From positions 32,001 through 96,000 of the forward strand of contig CAVUWD010000014.1 of the NCBI GenBank assembly GCA_963745025.1: DNA of 64,000 nt, in the 5' to 3' direction. Below, in pieces: positions 9,364 to 19,488 of the stretch. Under the pieces are notes generated by a model. That model saw nothing but the letters and a program-made list of their open reading frames with translations. It had not been told where the DNA came from and searched no databases. The position numbers were made by a program, and so were the translations under genes. Source of the stretch: an uncultured delta proteobacterium (GTDB lineage: Bacteria > Desulfobacterota > Binatia > JACPRU01). Every line of letters begins with the position of its first letter. Position 1 is the first letter of the stretch.

Positions 9364-11418
9364 TTGATCATCGCCCTCGGCCTCGGGGTCGTCTACTTCG
9401 TCACGGGCAAGCTCGGTCTCGCGGTTGCGTTCGTTCACCCGAGCGCCACGCCGATCTGGCCACCGGCGGGCATCGCCCTGGCGGCCGTCTTGGTGCTCGG
9501 ACGCAGCATCTGGCCGGTCATCACCATCGGGGCGTTCCTCGTCAACTTGACGACGTGGGGCTCGTGGGAAACGTCGCTCGCGATCGCGCTCGGCAACACG
9601 CTGGAAGCGCTGGTGGGCGGCGCCCTCGCCGAGCGATTCGCAAACGGCGCCCGCTGCTTCGTGCGCGGCCGAGACGTCGTGCGCTTCGTCCTCTTCACGG
9701 GGTTCGTGAGCACGATGGTGAGCGCCACGATCGGGGTGACGGCTCTCAGCCTCGCAGGATACGCGAGGTGGTCGGACTGCGGCTCGATCTGGCTGACGTG
9801 GTGGCTGGGCGATACGGGGAGCGACCTCGTCGTCGCTCCGTTCCTCGTTCTCTGGGCGACGAACTCTCAGCTGGATTGGGACGCGACTCGAGCGCTCGAA
9901 GCGTCGGCGCTCCTCTTGGCGATCGCCATACTCAGCGTCTTCGCGATCTTCCCGTGGCCTCCGCTGCCGGGATCCGGCTACCCCGTCGCATTCCTCTCGT
10001 TTCCGTTGATTCTCTGGGCGGCCTTTGGATTCGGGCCTCGCGAAACGGCAACGGTGGTCCTGCTGCTGTCGGCGCTCTCGGTGTGGAGCACGCTGCATGG
10101 CCTCGGTCCCTTCACTCTGACCTCGCCCAACGAGTCGCTTCTGCTGCTCGATTCCTTCCTCATCGTCGCTTCGCTCACGGGAATGGGCCTCGCCGCGGTG
10201 GTCCACGAGCAACAATCCACGGCGCAGGCGCTGAAGAACGCGGAGCGCCGGCTGCAGGGCCTTCTTCGTTACGAGCAAGCCGAGCGGCGGCAAGCCGAAG
10301 CGATCAGCAAGGCGAAGGACCAGTTCCTGGCGGTTCTCGGCCACGAGCTGCGGAGCCCGCTTTCCGCGCTCAGCCACGCGATCGCGGCGCTCGGGCGAGG
10401 CGCCGAGCAGGAGCCGCGGGTCGCTCGACTGCACGCGATCATCGAGCGACAGGCTCGCTACCTGACCCGCCTGGTCGACGACCTCCTCGACGTCTCGCGC
10501 CTCGACTCCGGAAAGATCCGGCTGGCCCCCGAGGTACTCGACTTGAAGGAGGTCGCCGAACGCTGCCTCAGCTCCTTCGGCGAGACGGGGGCCTGGGGAG
10601 AACGCATCGTCTCCACCGCGCTCGAGTCGGCGTGGGTGCGCGCGGACGCGACCCGGCTCTACCAGGTCGTCACGAACCTTCTCGACAACGCGACGAAGTT
10701 CACGCCCGCGGGCGGACGAATCGAGGTGGCGGTGCGTCCGGACGACGGCCATGCGGTGCTCGAGGTCAAAGACAATGGACGGGGAATCGATCCGGCTACG
10801 CGGCCACGCATCTTCGATTTCTTCGCCCAGGCCGATGACTCGCTGGATCGCTCGCACGGCGGGCTCGGCATCGGGCTTACCATCGTTCGCCGGCTGGTCG
10901 AGATGCACGACGGCAGCGTCGAGGCGCGGAGCGAGGGGCCGGGCCGGGGCAGCGAGTTCGTCGTGCGGCTTCCGCTTCGCGCCGCGCCGCCCGTCGCGCG
11001 GCCTGCCCCGAGCCCGGCGCTCGCGTCAGCCGCGCGGCAGTGTCTCCGCGTGCTCGTCGTCGAGGACTACGAGGATTCTCGAGTCGCGCTCGAGGTCTAC
11101 CTCGGGCTACTCGGCCACACCGTGCAGAGCGCCGCGGATGGGTTGCGGGGCGTAGAGCTCGCACGCGAGTGGCGGCCTGACGCCGCTCTCGTCGACATCG
11201 GCCTTCCCGGCCTCAGCGGCTACGACGTCGCCAGGAGAATCCGCACCTCCGCGGGCGGGAACGACATGCTCCTGATCGCCATCACCGGCTACGGGCAAGC
11301 AGAGGTGAGACGACGCGCCCTGGACGCGGGGTTCAGCGATTGTCTGGTGAAGCCGGTGAAGCCGCGAGAGCTCGCGTGGCTGCTCTCGAGCCGGTTGCGG
11401 CCGGCCGCCGTCGGATAG
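9364..11418 (+). CDS. MASE1-domain hybrid sensor histidine kinase
   Basis: IWPPAGIALA and WWLGD MASE1 motifs, FLAVLGHELRSP, NLLDNATKFT, GGLGIGL, C-terminal receiver. Exact start uncertain. Confidence 0.9.
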   Translation: MIIALGLGVVYFVTGKLGLAVAFVHPSATPIWPPAGIALAAVLVLGRSIWPVITIGAFLVNLTTWGSWETSLAIALGNTLEALVGGALAERFANGARCFVRGRDVVRFVLFTGFVSTMVSATIGVTALSLAGYARWSDCGSIWLTWWLGDTGSDLVVAPFLVLWATNSQLDWDATRALEASALLLAIAILSVFAIFPWPPLPGSGYPVAFLSFPLILWAAFGFGPRETATVVLLLSALSVWSTLHGLGPFTLTSPNESLLLLDSFLIVASLTGMGLAAVVHEQQSTAQALKNAERRLQGLLRYEQAERRQAEAISKAKDQFLAVLGHELRSPLSALSHAIAALGRGAEQEPRVARLHAIIERQARYLTRLVDDLLDVSRLDSGKIRLAPEVLDLKEVAERCLSSFGETGAWGERIVSTALESAWVRADATRLYQVVTNLLDNATKFTPAGGRIEVAVRPDDGHAVLEVKDNGRGIDPATRPRIFDFFAQADDSLDRSHGGLGIGLTIVRRLVEMHDGSVEARSEGPGRGSEFVVRLPLRAAPPVARPAPSPALASAARQCLRVLVVEDYEDSRVALEVYLGLLGHTVQSAADGLRGVELAREWRPDAALVDIGLPGLSGYDVARRIRTSAGGNDMLLIAITGYGQAEVRRRALDAGFSDCLVKPVKPRELAWLLSSRLRPAAVG

Positions 11419-11685
11419 GCGAGCGGGCGCGCCGACGAATGGGGGCACGACGGATCACCCGTTCGGCCGTGGTTTCGAGTATTGTCCTCGAAAGAGCCTC
11501 GTCGCTGACCGCGCGCGCGAGAATCAGGCCACCGGCCATTACACAGCTTCGGCCACGGCGGCCGTCTGTGGCCCTTCGATACCTGACGGTACGGCCCTCG
11601 GATCGGTCAACCAAACCGGCACGTCGCACGTCTATAGGGGCAAGCGCTCGATAGCGGGCGCATCGATGAACCAAAGGATCATTCT

Positions 11686-12087
11686 ATGAGACCACTCAAG
11701 CTCATCACTCTGGTTGCGCCGATCACCATGGCGCTCATGGCCGCACCGGCCTTCGCACATGGCGGAGGTGATCGAGGCGCGTGTCGCGCGGACGTTCAAC
11801 GGCTGTGCCCGGACATCACCCCCGGCCCGGGCAGTCGGAAGAGCGTTCATGACTGTCTCGAGCGGAACACCGCCAACCTGTCCCCGACGTGCCAACAGCA
11901 GCTGACTCGAAGGCAAGCCAAAATGGACCAGGCCCGACAAGCCTGCCAGGCCGACATCCAAAATCTCTGCAGTGACGTCGGCTCCGATCCGCACGCGACG
12001 TCCAAATGTCTCTTCCAGCATCGGACCGATCTCTCTGCAACCTGTAGCGATGCACTTCCGCACCATCACCGCGATGGCGGCTCGTAG
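11686..12087 (+). CDS. Secreted cysteine-rich repeat protein (Cys_rich_FGFR/GLG1-like repeats)
   Basis: Signal peptide ending AFA, then two repeats C-x-x-D-x-x-x-L-C...C-L...L-S-x-T-C. AAGGA RBS upstream. Confidence 0.75.
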   Translation: MRPLKLITLVAPITMALMAAPAFAHGGGDRGACRADVQRLCPDITPGPGSRKSVHDCLERNTANLSPTCQQQLTRRQAKMDQARQACQADIQNLCSDVGSDPHATSKCLFQHRTDLSATCSDALPHHHRDGGS

Positions 12088-12493
12088 TTGGTGGAAATGA
12101 GAAAGGGCGCGAGGGACATCACCTGTACCTCCACGCCCAGCGACTACACCCCGCGCAGCCCTGGCCCTGTCCGCTGGTGATCTGGGCGCGGTGTCGGACG
12201 TGCTCGTTCCTCGACTACGATAACGCCGGCACGCCGTAGTGCGCGGCGGCTGGAAGATCTGGAAGATGCGGAGTGTGATCCAGGGATCCGACTCGGGTGA
12301 GAGCCTCCTTGTTCTCGTCGAATCGCACGGCTCGCCAGGGCGTTCCGATCGTCACCGAGTCGAGCGGGGTTCTCCTTTACGGATGGGTCCAAATGGCGCA
12401 TTGCACCGGACCAGGGATCGAGCTAGGTCCGTCGCCGCACCTGTCGGCCCCGTCGGCGATATGAGGCGGCGCCTTCGAACCACGGAGATTGGG

Positions 12494-13339
12494 ATGGACC
12501 GAGCAGGCTTCACACAGTCGTTCTCCCTGCCAATCGGAACGGGCGGCGCGTACCCACCGCCCCCGTACACGTATCGCGGCGTCGAGGACATCTTCGTCGC
12601 CTACGAGAGCTCGCGAGTGGGCGTCGACGCGCTTCTACCGCCCGGGGTCACCGCGGCCGACCGGACGCCGACGTGCATCGCCTGGGCTCGATGGGTGCCG
12701 TTCTCGACGTTCGGCCCCTATCACGAGGCCTACATCATGATCCGCGCGTCGTTCGAGGGGCAGACCTATCTCTACCAGCCGTTCATCTTCACCGACAACG
12801 AGATCCCGCTCGTGGCCGGCCGCGAGATCTGGGGCTACGCGAAGAAGCTCGCCGTCATGGAGCGTTCATGGGGCGGCGCCGGATCGCCGTTCGGCGAGCA
12901 GCTCGTCTTCACCGTCGAGCGCCCGCGAGGGCAGCGGATCCTGACGGTGTCGATGGCCTGCGACCGGCTCTGCGACCCAGCGAGCCTCGAAGACCTTCCC
13001 GTGCTCTCGACCCGCCTCATCCCCAACGCCGAGCACGGCCGGCGCCCTTCGGTCGCAGAACTCGTGCGGCTCGACGTGGCCGCGCCCATCCACCGAAGTG
13101 CGGACGGCACGCCGAAGCTCTGGACCGGGCGGGCCTCGATCACGATGGATGCGCGCTCCGAGGTCGACCCCTGGCACCTGCTCGCCCCGACGCGGGTTCT
13201 CCAGGGCTGGTTCGGCGTCTTCGACTTCGATCTGCACCACGGCAAGGTCGTCCACGACTACCTCGCGGACGACGACCTTTGGGCGGACGGCCGACGTGCC
13301 GGCAGCTCGAAAGCGACACCCTCCGCCCGCACGAAGTAG
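12494..13339 (+). CDS. Acetoacetate decarboxylase family protein
   Basis: YPPPPY, FGPYHEA and AGREIWGYAKK (Schiff-base Lys region). Start at MDRAGF after GGAG. Confidence 0.85.
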   Translation: MDRAGFTQSFSLPIGTGGAYPPPPYTYRGVEDIFVAYESSRVGVDALLPPGVTAADRTPTCIAWARWVPFSTFGPYHEAYIMIRASFEGQTYLYQPFIFTDNEIPLVAGREIWGYAKKLAVMERSWGGAGSPFGEQLVFTVERPRGQRILTVSMACDRLCDPASLEDLPVLSTRLIPNAEHGRRPSVAELVRLDVAAPIHRSADGTPKLWTGRASITMDARSEVDPWHLLAPTRVLQGWFGVFDFDLHHGKVVHDYLADDDLWADGRRAGSSKATPSARTK

Positions 13340-13541
13340 TCCGGCGGGTGGGCGCGATCCCGCTCCCCTGCGCATTGCCCCACGTGCCCATGTGGTGGGC
13401 AGCGCCTCAATATTCGGCGAGGCTCGCGGCGATTTCGGCAACGTCGGCGGCCGAAATCGGGGCTACCCGCGGTGGTCGGATTTTTGCAGGTGACATCTCG
13501 AGACTGCAATGGGGTGAGGCCGCCGCGCAGGGACGGCATCC

Positions 13542-15422
13542 ATGAGGCTCCAGTACGTGCCGGGCGCACCAAAAGCGGCCATCGTCCGTTCGCCGATCGA
13601 GATGCATCTCGAGGCGATCCACGCGCGATACGCCGATCTGCGCGAGGGCACGGTCGCCACCTACATCCCCGAGCTCGCCAAGGCCAATCCCGACTGGTTC
13701 GCGATCTGCTTGGCGACCAACGACGGGCATCTCTACGAGATCGGAGACAGCGGCCGGACGTTCACGATCCAGTCGATCTCCAAGCCGTTCGTCTATGGTC
13801 TGGCCATCGAGGACCGGGGTCGCGAGACGGTGCTGCAACGGATCGGGGTGGAGCCGACGGGCGACGCCTTCAATGCCATCAGCCTCGAATCCAACAGCGG
13901 TCGGCCCTTCAACCCGATGATCAACGCCGGAGCGATCACGGCCAGTTCACTGATCGCGGGTCACTCCCCCGACGACAAGCGCGAGCGGCTGCTCGCGCTG
14001 TTGTCGACGTATGCCGGTCGCCCGCTCGCCCTCGATCATGCAGTCTACGAATCGGAGCGCGGCACCGGGCATCGCAACCGCGCGATCGGTCACCTGCTGC
14101 GCAACTTCGACATCGTCACCGAGGATCCGGAGCCGGCGCTCGATCTGTACTTCCGCCAGTGCTCCGTCGCCGTGACGTGCCGCGATCTCGCCCTCATGGC
14201 GGCGACGCTCGCCAACGGAGGCGTTCACCCGATCAGCGGCGAACGCGCGATCCGCGAAGACGTCGTGCCCGACGTGCTGAGCGTGATGACGACCTGCGGG
14301 ATGTACGACTTCGCCGGCGAGTGGGTGTATCGCGTCGGAATGCCGGCCAAGAGCGGTGTGGCGGGGGGCATCCTGGCGGTGCTGCCCGGGCAGTTCGGAA
14401 TCGGCGTCTTCTCGCCGCCGCTCGACGCGCGCGGCAACAGCGCGCGAGGCGTGGCGGTCTGCAGGGACCTGTCGCTCGATTTGGCTCTTCACTGCCTGCG
14501 TGCCACGCCCCTGTCGCGCTCGACGATCCGCTCCAGGTACAACGTGGCCAACGTCCGATCGAAGATGCGCCGCCCGGAGCACGAGCGCACGCTTCTCGAT
14601 TCGGTGGGCGATCGCGCCGCCGTCTACGAGCTACAGGGCGATCTCGTGTTCGGCACAGTCGAGCCGATCGTTCGGCGTATCTCGGAGCAGAGCGGCGACG
14701 TCGATCTCGTTCTTCTCGACATGCAACGCGTGAAGCGCGCCAACGCACCCGCCATGCGAGTGCTCCGCGACCTCTGCCTCGAGGCTCGCGCGCACGGCAA
14801 GCCGCTGCTTTTCGTCGGTGCCGAGCGCCAGCCGGGATTCCTGCGGGTGATCGAAGAGGCGCTGGCGGAGCGCGGTGAAGCCGCGCGCAGCCTCAACTTC
14901 GCCGATCTGGATCCGGCGCTCGAATGGTGCGAGGAGCAGTTGCTCCGCCGCCACGGCAGCGCCTTGCCGGCCCTGCGGGCGAGCGCGACGCTATCTGCCC
15001 AGGAGATCTGCCGCGGCCTCGACGACGACGCGCTGGCCGTGCTCGAGGCGCTGATGGTGAGAAAGCGATTCGCGTCGGGCGAGCTCGTCGTCCGCGTCGG
15101 GGAGGCCGCCGACGCCATGTACTTCCTTCTGGAGGGCCGCGTGAGCGTGGTGATGAACCGCGACACCGGGGAACCGCAGCGGCTGACCACGCTCTCCCCG
15201 GGCATGGCGTTCGGCGAGCTGGCTCTAGTGACTCGCGCGCGGCGCTCCGCCGACGTGCGCGCCGACACCGTCGTCGACTGCTACGTGCTCTCGGCCGATG
15301 CCTTCGAGCGGCTCGGCAAAAGGCACCCCGCCGTCAAGATGCAGCTCCTCGAAAACGTGCTCCGCCAGGCGCTCGACGTAGTCGCTCGCCTCAACCAGGA
15401 GGTCGTGGCGCGACAGCATTGA
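13542..15422 (+). CDS. glsA: Glutaminase A with C-terminal STAS and cNMP-binding domains
   Basis: YIPELA, FTIQSISKPF, NPMINAGA, GMYD and PAKSGVAGG, then LQGDLVFG (STAS) and FGELAL...RSADVRA (cNMP). Confidence 0.92.
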   Translation: MRLQYVPGAPKAAIVRSPIEMHLEAIHARYADLREGTVATYIPELAKANPDWFAICLATNDGHLYEIGDSGRTFTIQSISKPFVYGLAIEDRGRETVLQRIGVEPTGDAFNAISLESNSGRPFNPMINAGAITASSLIAGHSPDDKRERLLALLSTYAGRPLALDHAVYESERGTGHRNRAIGHLLRNFDIVTEDPEPALDLYFRQCSVAVTCRDLALMAATLANGGVHPISGERAIREDVVPDVLSVMTTCGMYDFAGEWVYRVGMPAKSGVAGGILAVLPGQFGIGVFSPPLDARGNSARGVAVCRDLSLDLALHCLRATPLSRSTIRSRYNVANVRSKMRRPEHERTLLDSVGDRAAVYELQGDLVFGTVEPIVRRISEQSGDVDLVLLDMQRVKRANAPAMRVLRDLCLEARAHGKPLLFVGAERQPGFLRVIEEALAERGEAARSLNFADLDPALEWCEEQLLRRHGSALPALRASATLSAQEICRGLDDDALAVLEALMVRKRFASGELVVRVGEAADAMYFLLEGRVSVVMNRDTGEPQRLTTLSPGMAFGELALVTRARRSADVRADTVVDCYVLSADAFERLGKRHPAVKMQLLENVLRQALDVVARLNQEVVARQH

Positions 15423-15649
15423 TCCGTTCGCCGCTCACGTGAGGGCACGCACGTTTCGTTGATCGGGCCGCAAGGTTGCGGTGGATACCCTGGCGCAGAT
15501 CGCCGCGCGCATACGGGTCCCCTCGGATTACGGCGTTGACTTCCAACGCTGGCTCTTCGGGCGCTAATACCGACTATCCGCAGCCGGCGCGCCGGCATTC
15601 TGTGGGTCGTTCACTTGAATCGAGATGGTAATAGGTAAGGAGGTTCGCG

Positions 15650-16798
15650 ATGGACTTCAGCTTTACTGAAGAGCAGGAGCTTTTTCGGCAAACAGTGCGC
15701 CAGTTCAGCGAGCGCGAGGTGCGACCGCACTACGCGGAGCGCGAGCGAATGGACTATGATCTGCCGTCCTTCCTGCAGAAAATGGCGCAACTGGATCTGC
15801 TGGGGCTTCGCGTTCCGGTGGAATACGGCGGCGTCGACACTTCTTATGTCAATGTGGGTATCGCCACGGAGGAGCTCTCTCGCGGCGATTACAACGTCGG
15901 TACGCTCATCGTAAGCAACGTGATCAGCGCCGAGATCCTGAGCCGGCATGCCAGCGAGCGCGTGAAAGAGGAGTGGCTGCGCGACATCGTCACCGGCCGC
16001 CGGCGCGTCGCCCTCGCACTTACCGAGCCCCACAGCGGCTCCGACGCCGTTGCGCTGACAACGCGGGCCGTGCTCGACGGCGATGAATATGTGATCACGG
16101 GCGAGAAGTCCTCCACCAGTCAAGTTGACGCCGACGCCTGCATCGTATTCGTGCGCACGCGCCAAGTGGCGGGTGCGCGCGGCGTCAGCGCGATCCTCGT
16201 GCCGCTCGACGCGCCGGGACTAGGCACCTCACGCTTCACCGACCTTGGTATGAAGCTCAGCCGTCGTGGCGCGCTGCACCTTGACGGCGTGCGCGTCCCG
16301 GCGCACAACCTGGTCGGCGAGGAGGGGCAGGGCTTCTACGCTGTGATGAACCAGTTCGACTACAGCCGCGCGGTCATCGCCATTCAGTGCGTGGCCACGG
16401 CCATGCAGTCGGTGGACGAGACGATCGAGTACGTGAAGACGAGGACCGCCTTCGGGCAGCCAATCGCGCGCTATGAGGGTGTCTCGTTTCCGATCGCCGA
16501 GGCGATGACGAAGCTGGAGGCGGCGCGGCTGCTTTGCTACAAGGCGCTCTGGCTCCGTGATATGAACCTGCCGCACGCCAAAGAGGCGGCGATGACGAAG
16601 TGGCTCGGACCGAAGCTAGCGGTGGAGGCGATACACCAGATGCTTCTGCTGCACGGGCACGCCGGCTATAGTAACGACTACCCGCACGAGCAACGGCTGC
16701 GCGACGTGATCGGCCACCAGATCGGTGATGGGACCGGCGAGATAATGAAGCTGATCATCGCGCGCGAGATGTTGGGGCGTGAGTTCCGGCCACGCTAG
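15650..16798 (+). CDS. Acyl-CoA dehydrogenase, cyclohexanecarboxyl-CoA dehydrogenase (AliB/BadJ)-like
   Basis: LALTEPHSGSDA, FDYSRAVIA, GVSFPIAE and PHEQRLRDVIGHQIGDGT. Strong AAGGAGG RBS. Confidence 0.88.
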   Translation: MDFSFTEEQELFRQTVRQFSEREVRPHYAERERMDYDLPSFLQKMAQLDLLGLRVPVEYGGVDTSYVNVGIATEELSRGDYNVGTLIVSNVISAEILSRHASERVKEEWLRDIVTGRRRVALALTEPHSGSDAVALTTRAVLDGDEYVITGEKSSTSQVDADACIVFVRTRQVAGARGVSAILVPLDAPGLGTSRFTDLGMKLSRRGALHLDGVRVPAHNLVGEEGQGFYAVMNQFDYSRAVIAIQCVATAMQSVDETIEYVKTRTAFGQPIARYEGVSFPIAEAMTKLEAARLLCYKALWLRDMNLPHAKEAAMTKWLGPKLAVEAIHQMLLLHGHAGYSNDYPHEQRLRDVIGHQIGDGTGEIMKLIIAREMLGREFRPR

Positions 16799-17586
16799 TG
16801 GTGGTGACGGCGGGGATCGACATCGGCCACGAGAGCGTCAGCGTCGTCGTCCTGGACGACGACGCGATTCTGGGCCAAGCGACGTTCGTCATTTCGGGAG
16901 AAGTGGGCGCGACGGCGAGGCTCGCATTCGAACAGACGCTCGATCGACTGGGGATCGCGCGGGCCAGCATCGACCGCATCTTCGCCACCGGGGTCGAGCG
17001 AGAGAAGGTCGCGCTCGCCGACGGTCACCGAACGCAGATGCTGAGCCATGCCCGCGGGGCGCACTGGTGGTTCCCGGGCGCCCGTACCGTCATCGACGTC
17101 GGCGCCGAGGGCAGTCGCGCAATGCGCTGCGACGCCAGCGGCCAGCTCACGAACTTCGCCCTCAACGACAAGTGTGCGTCCGGCTCGGGCGTGTTCCTGG
17201 AGACCGTTGCCGGGATGCTCGACGTCCCTCTCGCCGACATGGGCGCCCTGTCGTTGCGAGCGCCCAGACCGGTCGTGCTGACCAGCACCTGCGCGGTGTT
17301 CGCCGAGTCGGAGATCGTCGCGGAGATCCATCGCGGTACCTCGACGGAAGACATCCTCCGGGGGGTGAACGAGTCGATGGTCTCGAAGATCGCCGCCATC
17401 GGCCGGCGCGTGGGCATCGTGCCCGACGTCGTGCTCACCGGAGGGGTTGCCCGGAACGTCGGCGTCGTCCAGGCGCTCCGGGAGCTGCTCGAGATGGATG
17501 TGGCGGTGCCGGAGCATCCCGAGATCACCGGCGCGCTGGGCGCGGCGCTGCTCGCCCGGGAGCCCGCGGGAGCCGCTCGAGCATGA
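16798..17586 (+). CDS. ATP-dependent electron activase (BcrAD/BadFG/HgdC family; BzdP-like)
   Basis: TAGIDIG, VIDVGAEG, NDKCASGSG, STCAVFAESE and LTGGVARN motifs. Confidence 0.88.
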   Translation: MVVTAGIDIGHESVSVVVLDDDAILGQATFVISGEVGATARLAFEQTLDRLGIARASIDRIFATGVEREKVALADGHRTQMLSHARGAHWWFPGARTVIDVGAEGSRAMRCDASGQLTNFALNDKCASGSGVFLETVAGMLDVPLADMGALSLRAPRPVVLTSTCAVFAESEIVAEIHRGTSTEDILRGVNESMVSKIAAIGRRVGIVPDVVLTGGVARNVGVVQALRELLEMDVAVPEHPEITGALGAALLAREPAGAARA

Positions 17587-18380
17587 TCGTCTGCGGGATC
17601 GACGTCGGCGCTCGCACCGCCAAGGCGGTGGTGCTGGCTGATGGCAAGATCGCGGCCCATAGCGTCATCGGCACGGGTCCGCAGAGCGCCGCGGCGGCGG
17701 TGGCAGCATTCGAAGCGGCCATGGCGACGACGTCCCTGCGCCGCGAGGACGTCGAGTTCACCGTGGCCACCGGGTACGGCCGCGTCGTGGTGCCGTTCGC
17801 CCAGCGGAACGTGACCGAGATCGCCTGCCACGCTCGGGGAAGCCATCACTTCTTCCCCGAGGTCCGGACCATCCTCGACATGGGGGGCCAGGACTGCAAG
17901 GCGATCCGCTGCGACGAGACGGGAAAGGTCACCAATTTCCTGATGAACGACAAGTGTGCGGCGGGCACCGGCCGCTCCCTCGAAGTCATGGCGTCCCTGC
18001 TCCAGGTGCGTCTCGAGGACGTCGGTCCGCTCTCCCTGGAGGCGAACAACGGGCTCGCGAAGATCAGCAATACCTGCGTCGTCTTCGCGAAGTCCGAGGT
18101 GCTGGCCCTCGCGCGTCAGGGCGTGCCCACGCGCGACATTCTCGGCGGGTTGTGCGACGGCGTCGCCGACCGCGTGAAGCGGCTCCTCCGCGCGGTGGGC
18201 GTGGAGGAGGACTTCGTGATCAGCGGCGGGATCTCGAAGAACGTCGGCGTCGTGCGCCGCATCGAGCAGAAGCTCGGCGTGATGTCGCACATCTGCTTCG
18301 AGCCACAGATCGTCGGCGCCGTGGGCGCGGCGCTGTTCGCGCAGGCCTTCCTGGAACGGAAGGCTTCGACGGGACCGTAG
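17583..18380 (+). CDS. ATP-dependent electron activase (BzdQ-like)
   Basis: GIDVG, ATGYGR, TEIACHARG, ILDMGGQDCKAI, FLMNDKCAAGTGR and NTCVVFAKSE. ATGA overlap with the upstream gene. Confidence 0.9.
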   Translation: MIVCGIDVGARTAKAVVLADGKIAAHSVIGTGPQSAAAAVAAFEAAMATTSLRREDVEFTVATGYGRVVVPFAQRNVTEIACHARGSHHFFPEVRTILDMGGQDCKAIRCDETGKVTNFLMNDKCAAGTGRSLEVMASLLQVRLEDVGPLSLEANNGLAKISNTCVVFAKSEVLALARQGVPTRDILGGLCDGVADRVKRLLRAVGVEEDFVISGGISKNVGVVRRIEQKLGVMSHICFEPQIVGAVGAALFAQAFLERKASTGP

Positions 18381-18384
18381 CGCT

Positions 18385-19488
18385 CTACGCGAGCGATTCG
18401 ATGAACGACTGGACTCGCACGTTCAGCTGCTCGATCGAGCCCGGCGTCGCCTCGGCCTCCAGCTTGAGGTGCGGCAGCTTCCAGCGCTCGAAGCGCTCCT
18501 TCAGCACGGCGTACTCGAACGCGTACGCGTCGCAGTAAAGCTGGACGAGATAGATCAGGCCCTCGGCTCCCGCCCGGCTCATCGCTTCCCGGATCCCGTT
18601 CGCCCGATCTTCCACGGGGTACATCCCCGGCGCCGGCACCGTGCGCAGGTAGCCCCGGGCGAGAGCCCGGAACGGGTCCCCGTCGGTCGGCACGTCGGCG
18701 GAGCCGTACCGCGCGTTGCGGATGAAGTCGTCCGTGACCACGGTCGCGCCGTACTTCTCGACCATCCGGATCACGTCCAGTGACATGGGAATGTTGAGCG
18801 CGGACAGCATCAGCTTTGGGCCGGACTTGGGCTCCCCCGGCGACAGCGAGGCGAGCAGCTGCCGCAGCAAGGCGTTGTGCTCCTCCACGGGCGTCGTCAG
18901 CGCCGACGCGAAGACGTACACGGCGTCCTCGGCCGAGATGCCCGCGGTCGGACGGGTCTCGTAGAAGCGGCGGAACAGGGCACGGTTCTCGTTGAACAGC
19001 GCAATCGACTCCCGGAGGCTGTCGTCGGCGACCGGCTGGCCCGACACCCTTCCCAGCTCGGCCGCGAGGCGTCTCAGCTCCTTCGTGAAGTAGTCGATGG
19101 CCCCCTCGTCGTTCTTCGCCGGCGTGCGGACGAGCCAGTGGTTCGAGAACGCGCGCTGGTGCACCCAGATGTCGAGCATGTGCCGGTTGGTGTCGCAGAC
19201 GGTGGACACCATGACGCCCTCCATGTAGCCGAGGACGCTGGACGCGATCTGGCCCGCCAGGTTCTTGCTCATGCCGCACATGTACGGAAGCAGACCCGAC
19301 TTCGCCTCGTACCGCGAATCCCGGTCCTCGACGAGCTGGACGGGCACCATCCCGGCCGCGTGCACGAGCTCTTTCGGCGCCAGCCCATAGAAGCACGCGA
19401 CGATCTTCTTGCCCCGCTGCTCGAGCGCGCGCGCGCGCTCGTGTCGCGTCTCGAACCGCTCTCTGAATCCGACGATCGCGTTCGTCAC
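18385..19488 (-). CDS. 2-hydroxyacyl-CoA dehydratase / benzoyl-CoA reductase subunit (HgdB/BcrC/BzdN-like)
   Basis: PKELVHAAGMVP, YMC, STVCD, LYCD and EQLNVRVQSFIE motifs of the HGD-D family. Confidence 0.85.
   Translation of the reverse strand: MTNAIVGFRERFETRHERARALEQRGKKIVACFYGLAPKELVHAAGMVPVQLVEDRDSRYEAKSGLLPYMCGMSKNLAGQIASSVLGYMEGVMVSTVCDTNRHMLDIWVHQRAFSNHWLVRTPAKNDEGAIDYFTKELRRLAAELGRVSGQPVADDSLRESIALFNENRALFRRFYETRPTAGISAEDAVYVFASALTTPVEEHNALLRQLLASLSPGEPKSGPKLMLSALNIPMSLDVIRMVEKYGATVVTDDFIRNARYGSADVPTDGDPFRALARGYLRTVPAPGMYPVEDRANGIREAMSRAGAEGLIYLVQLYCDAYAFEYAVLKERFERWKLPHLKLEAEATPGSIEQLNVRVQSFIESLA

Noticed and set aside
16779-17582. 533-aa ORF as a fused double activase
   Set aside because: Its first half is an out-of-frame read of the first activase. 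The second activase starts at ATG 17583.
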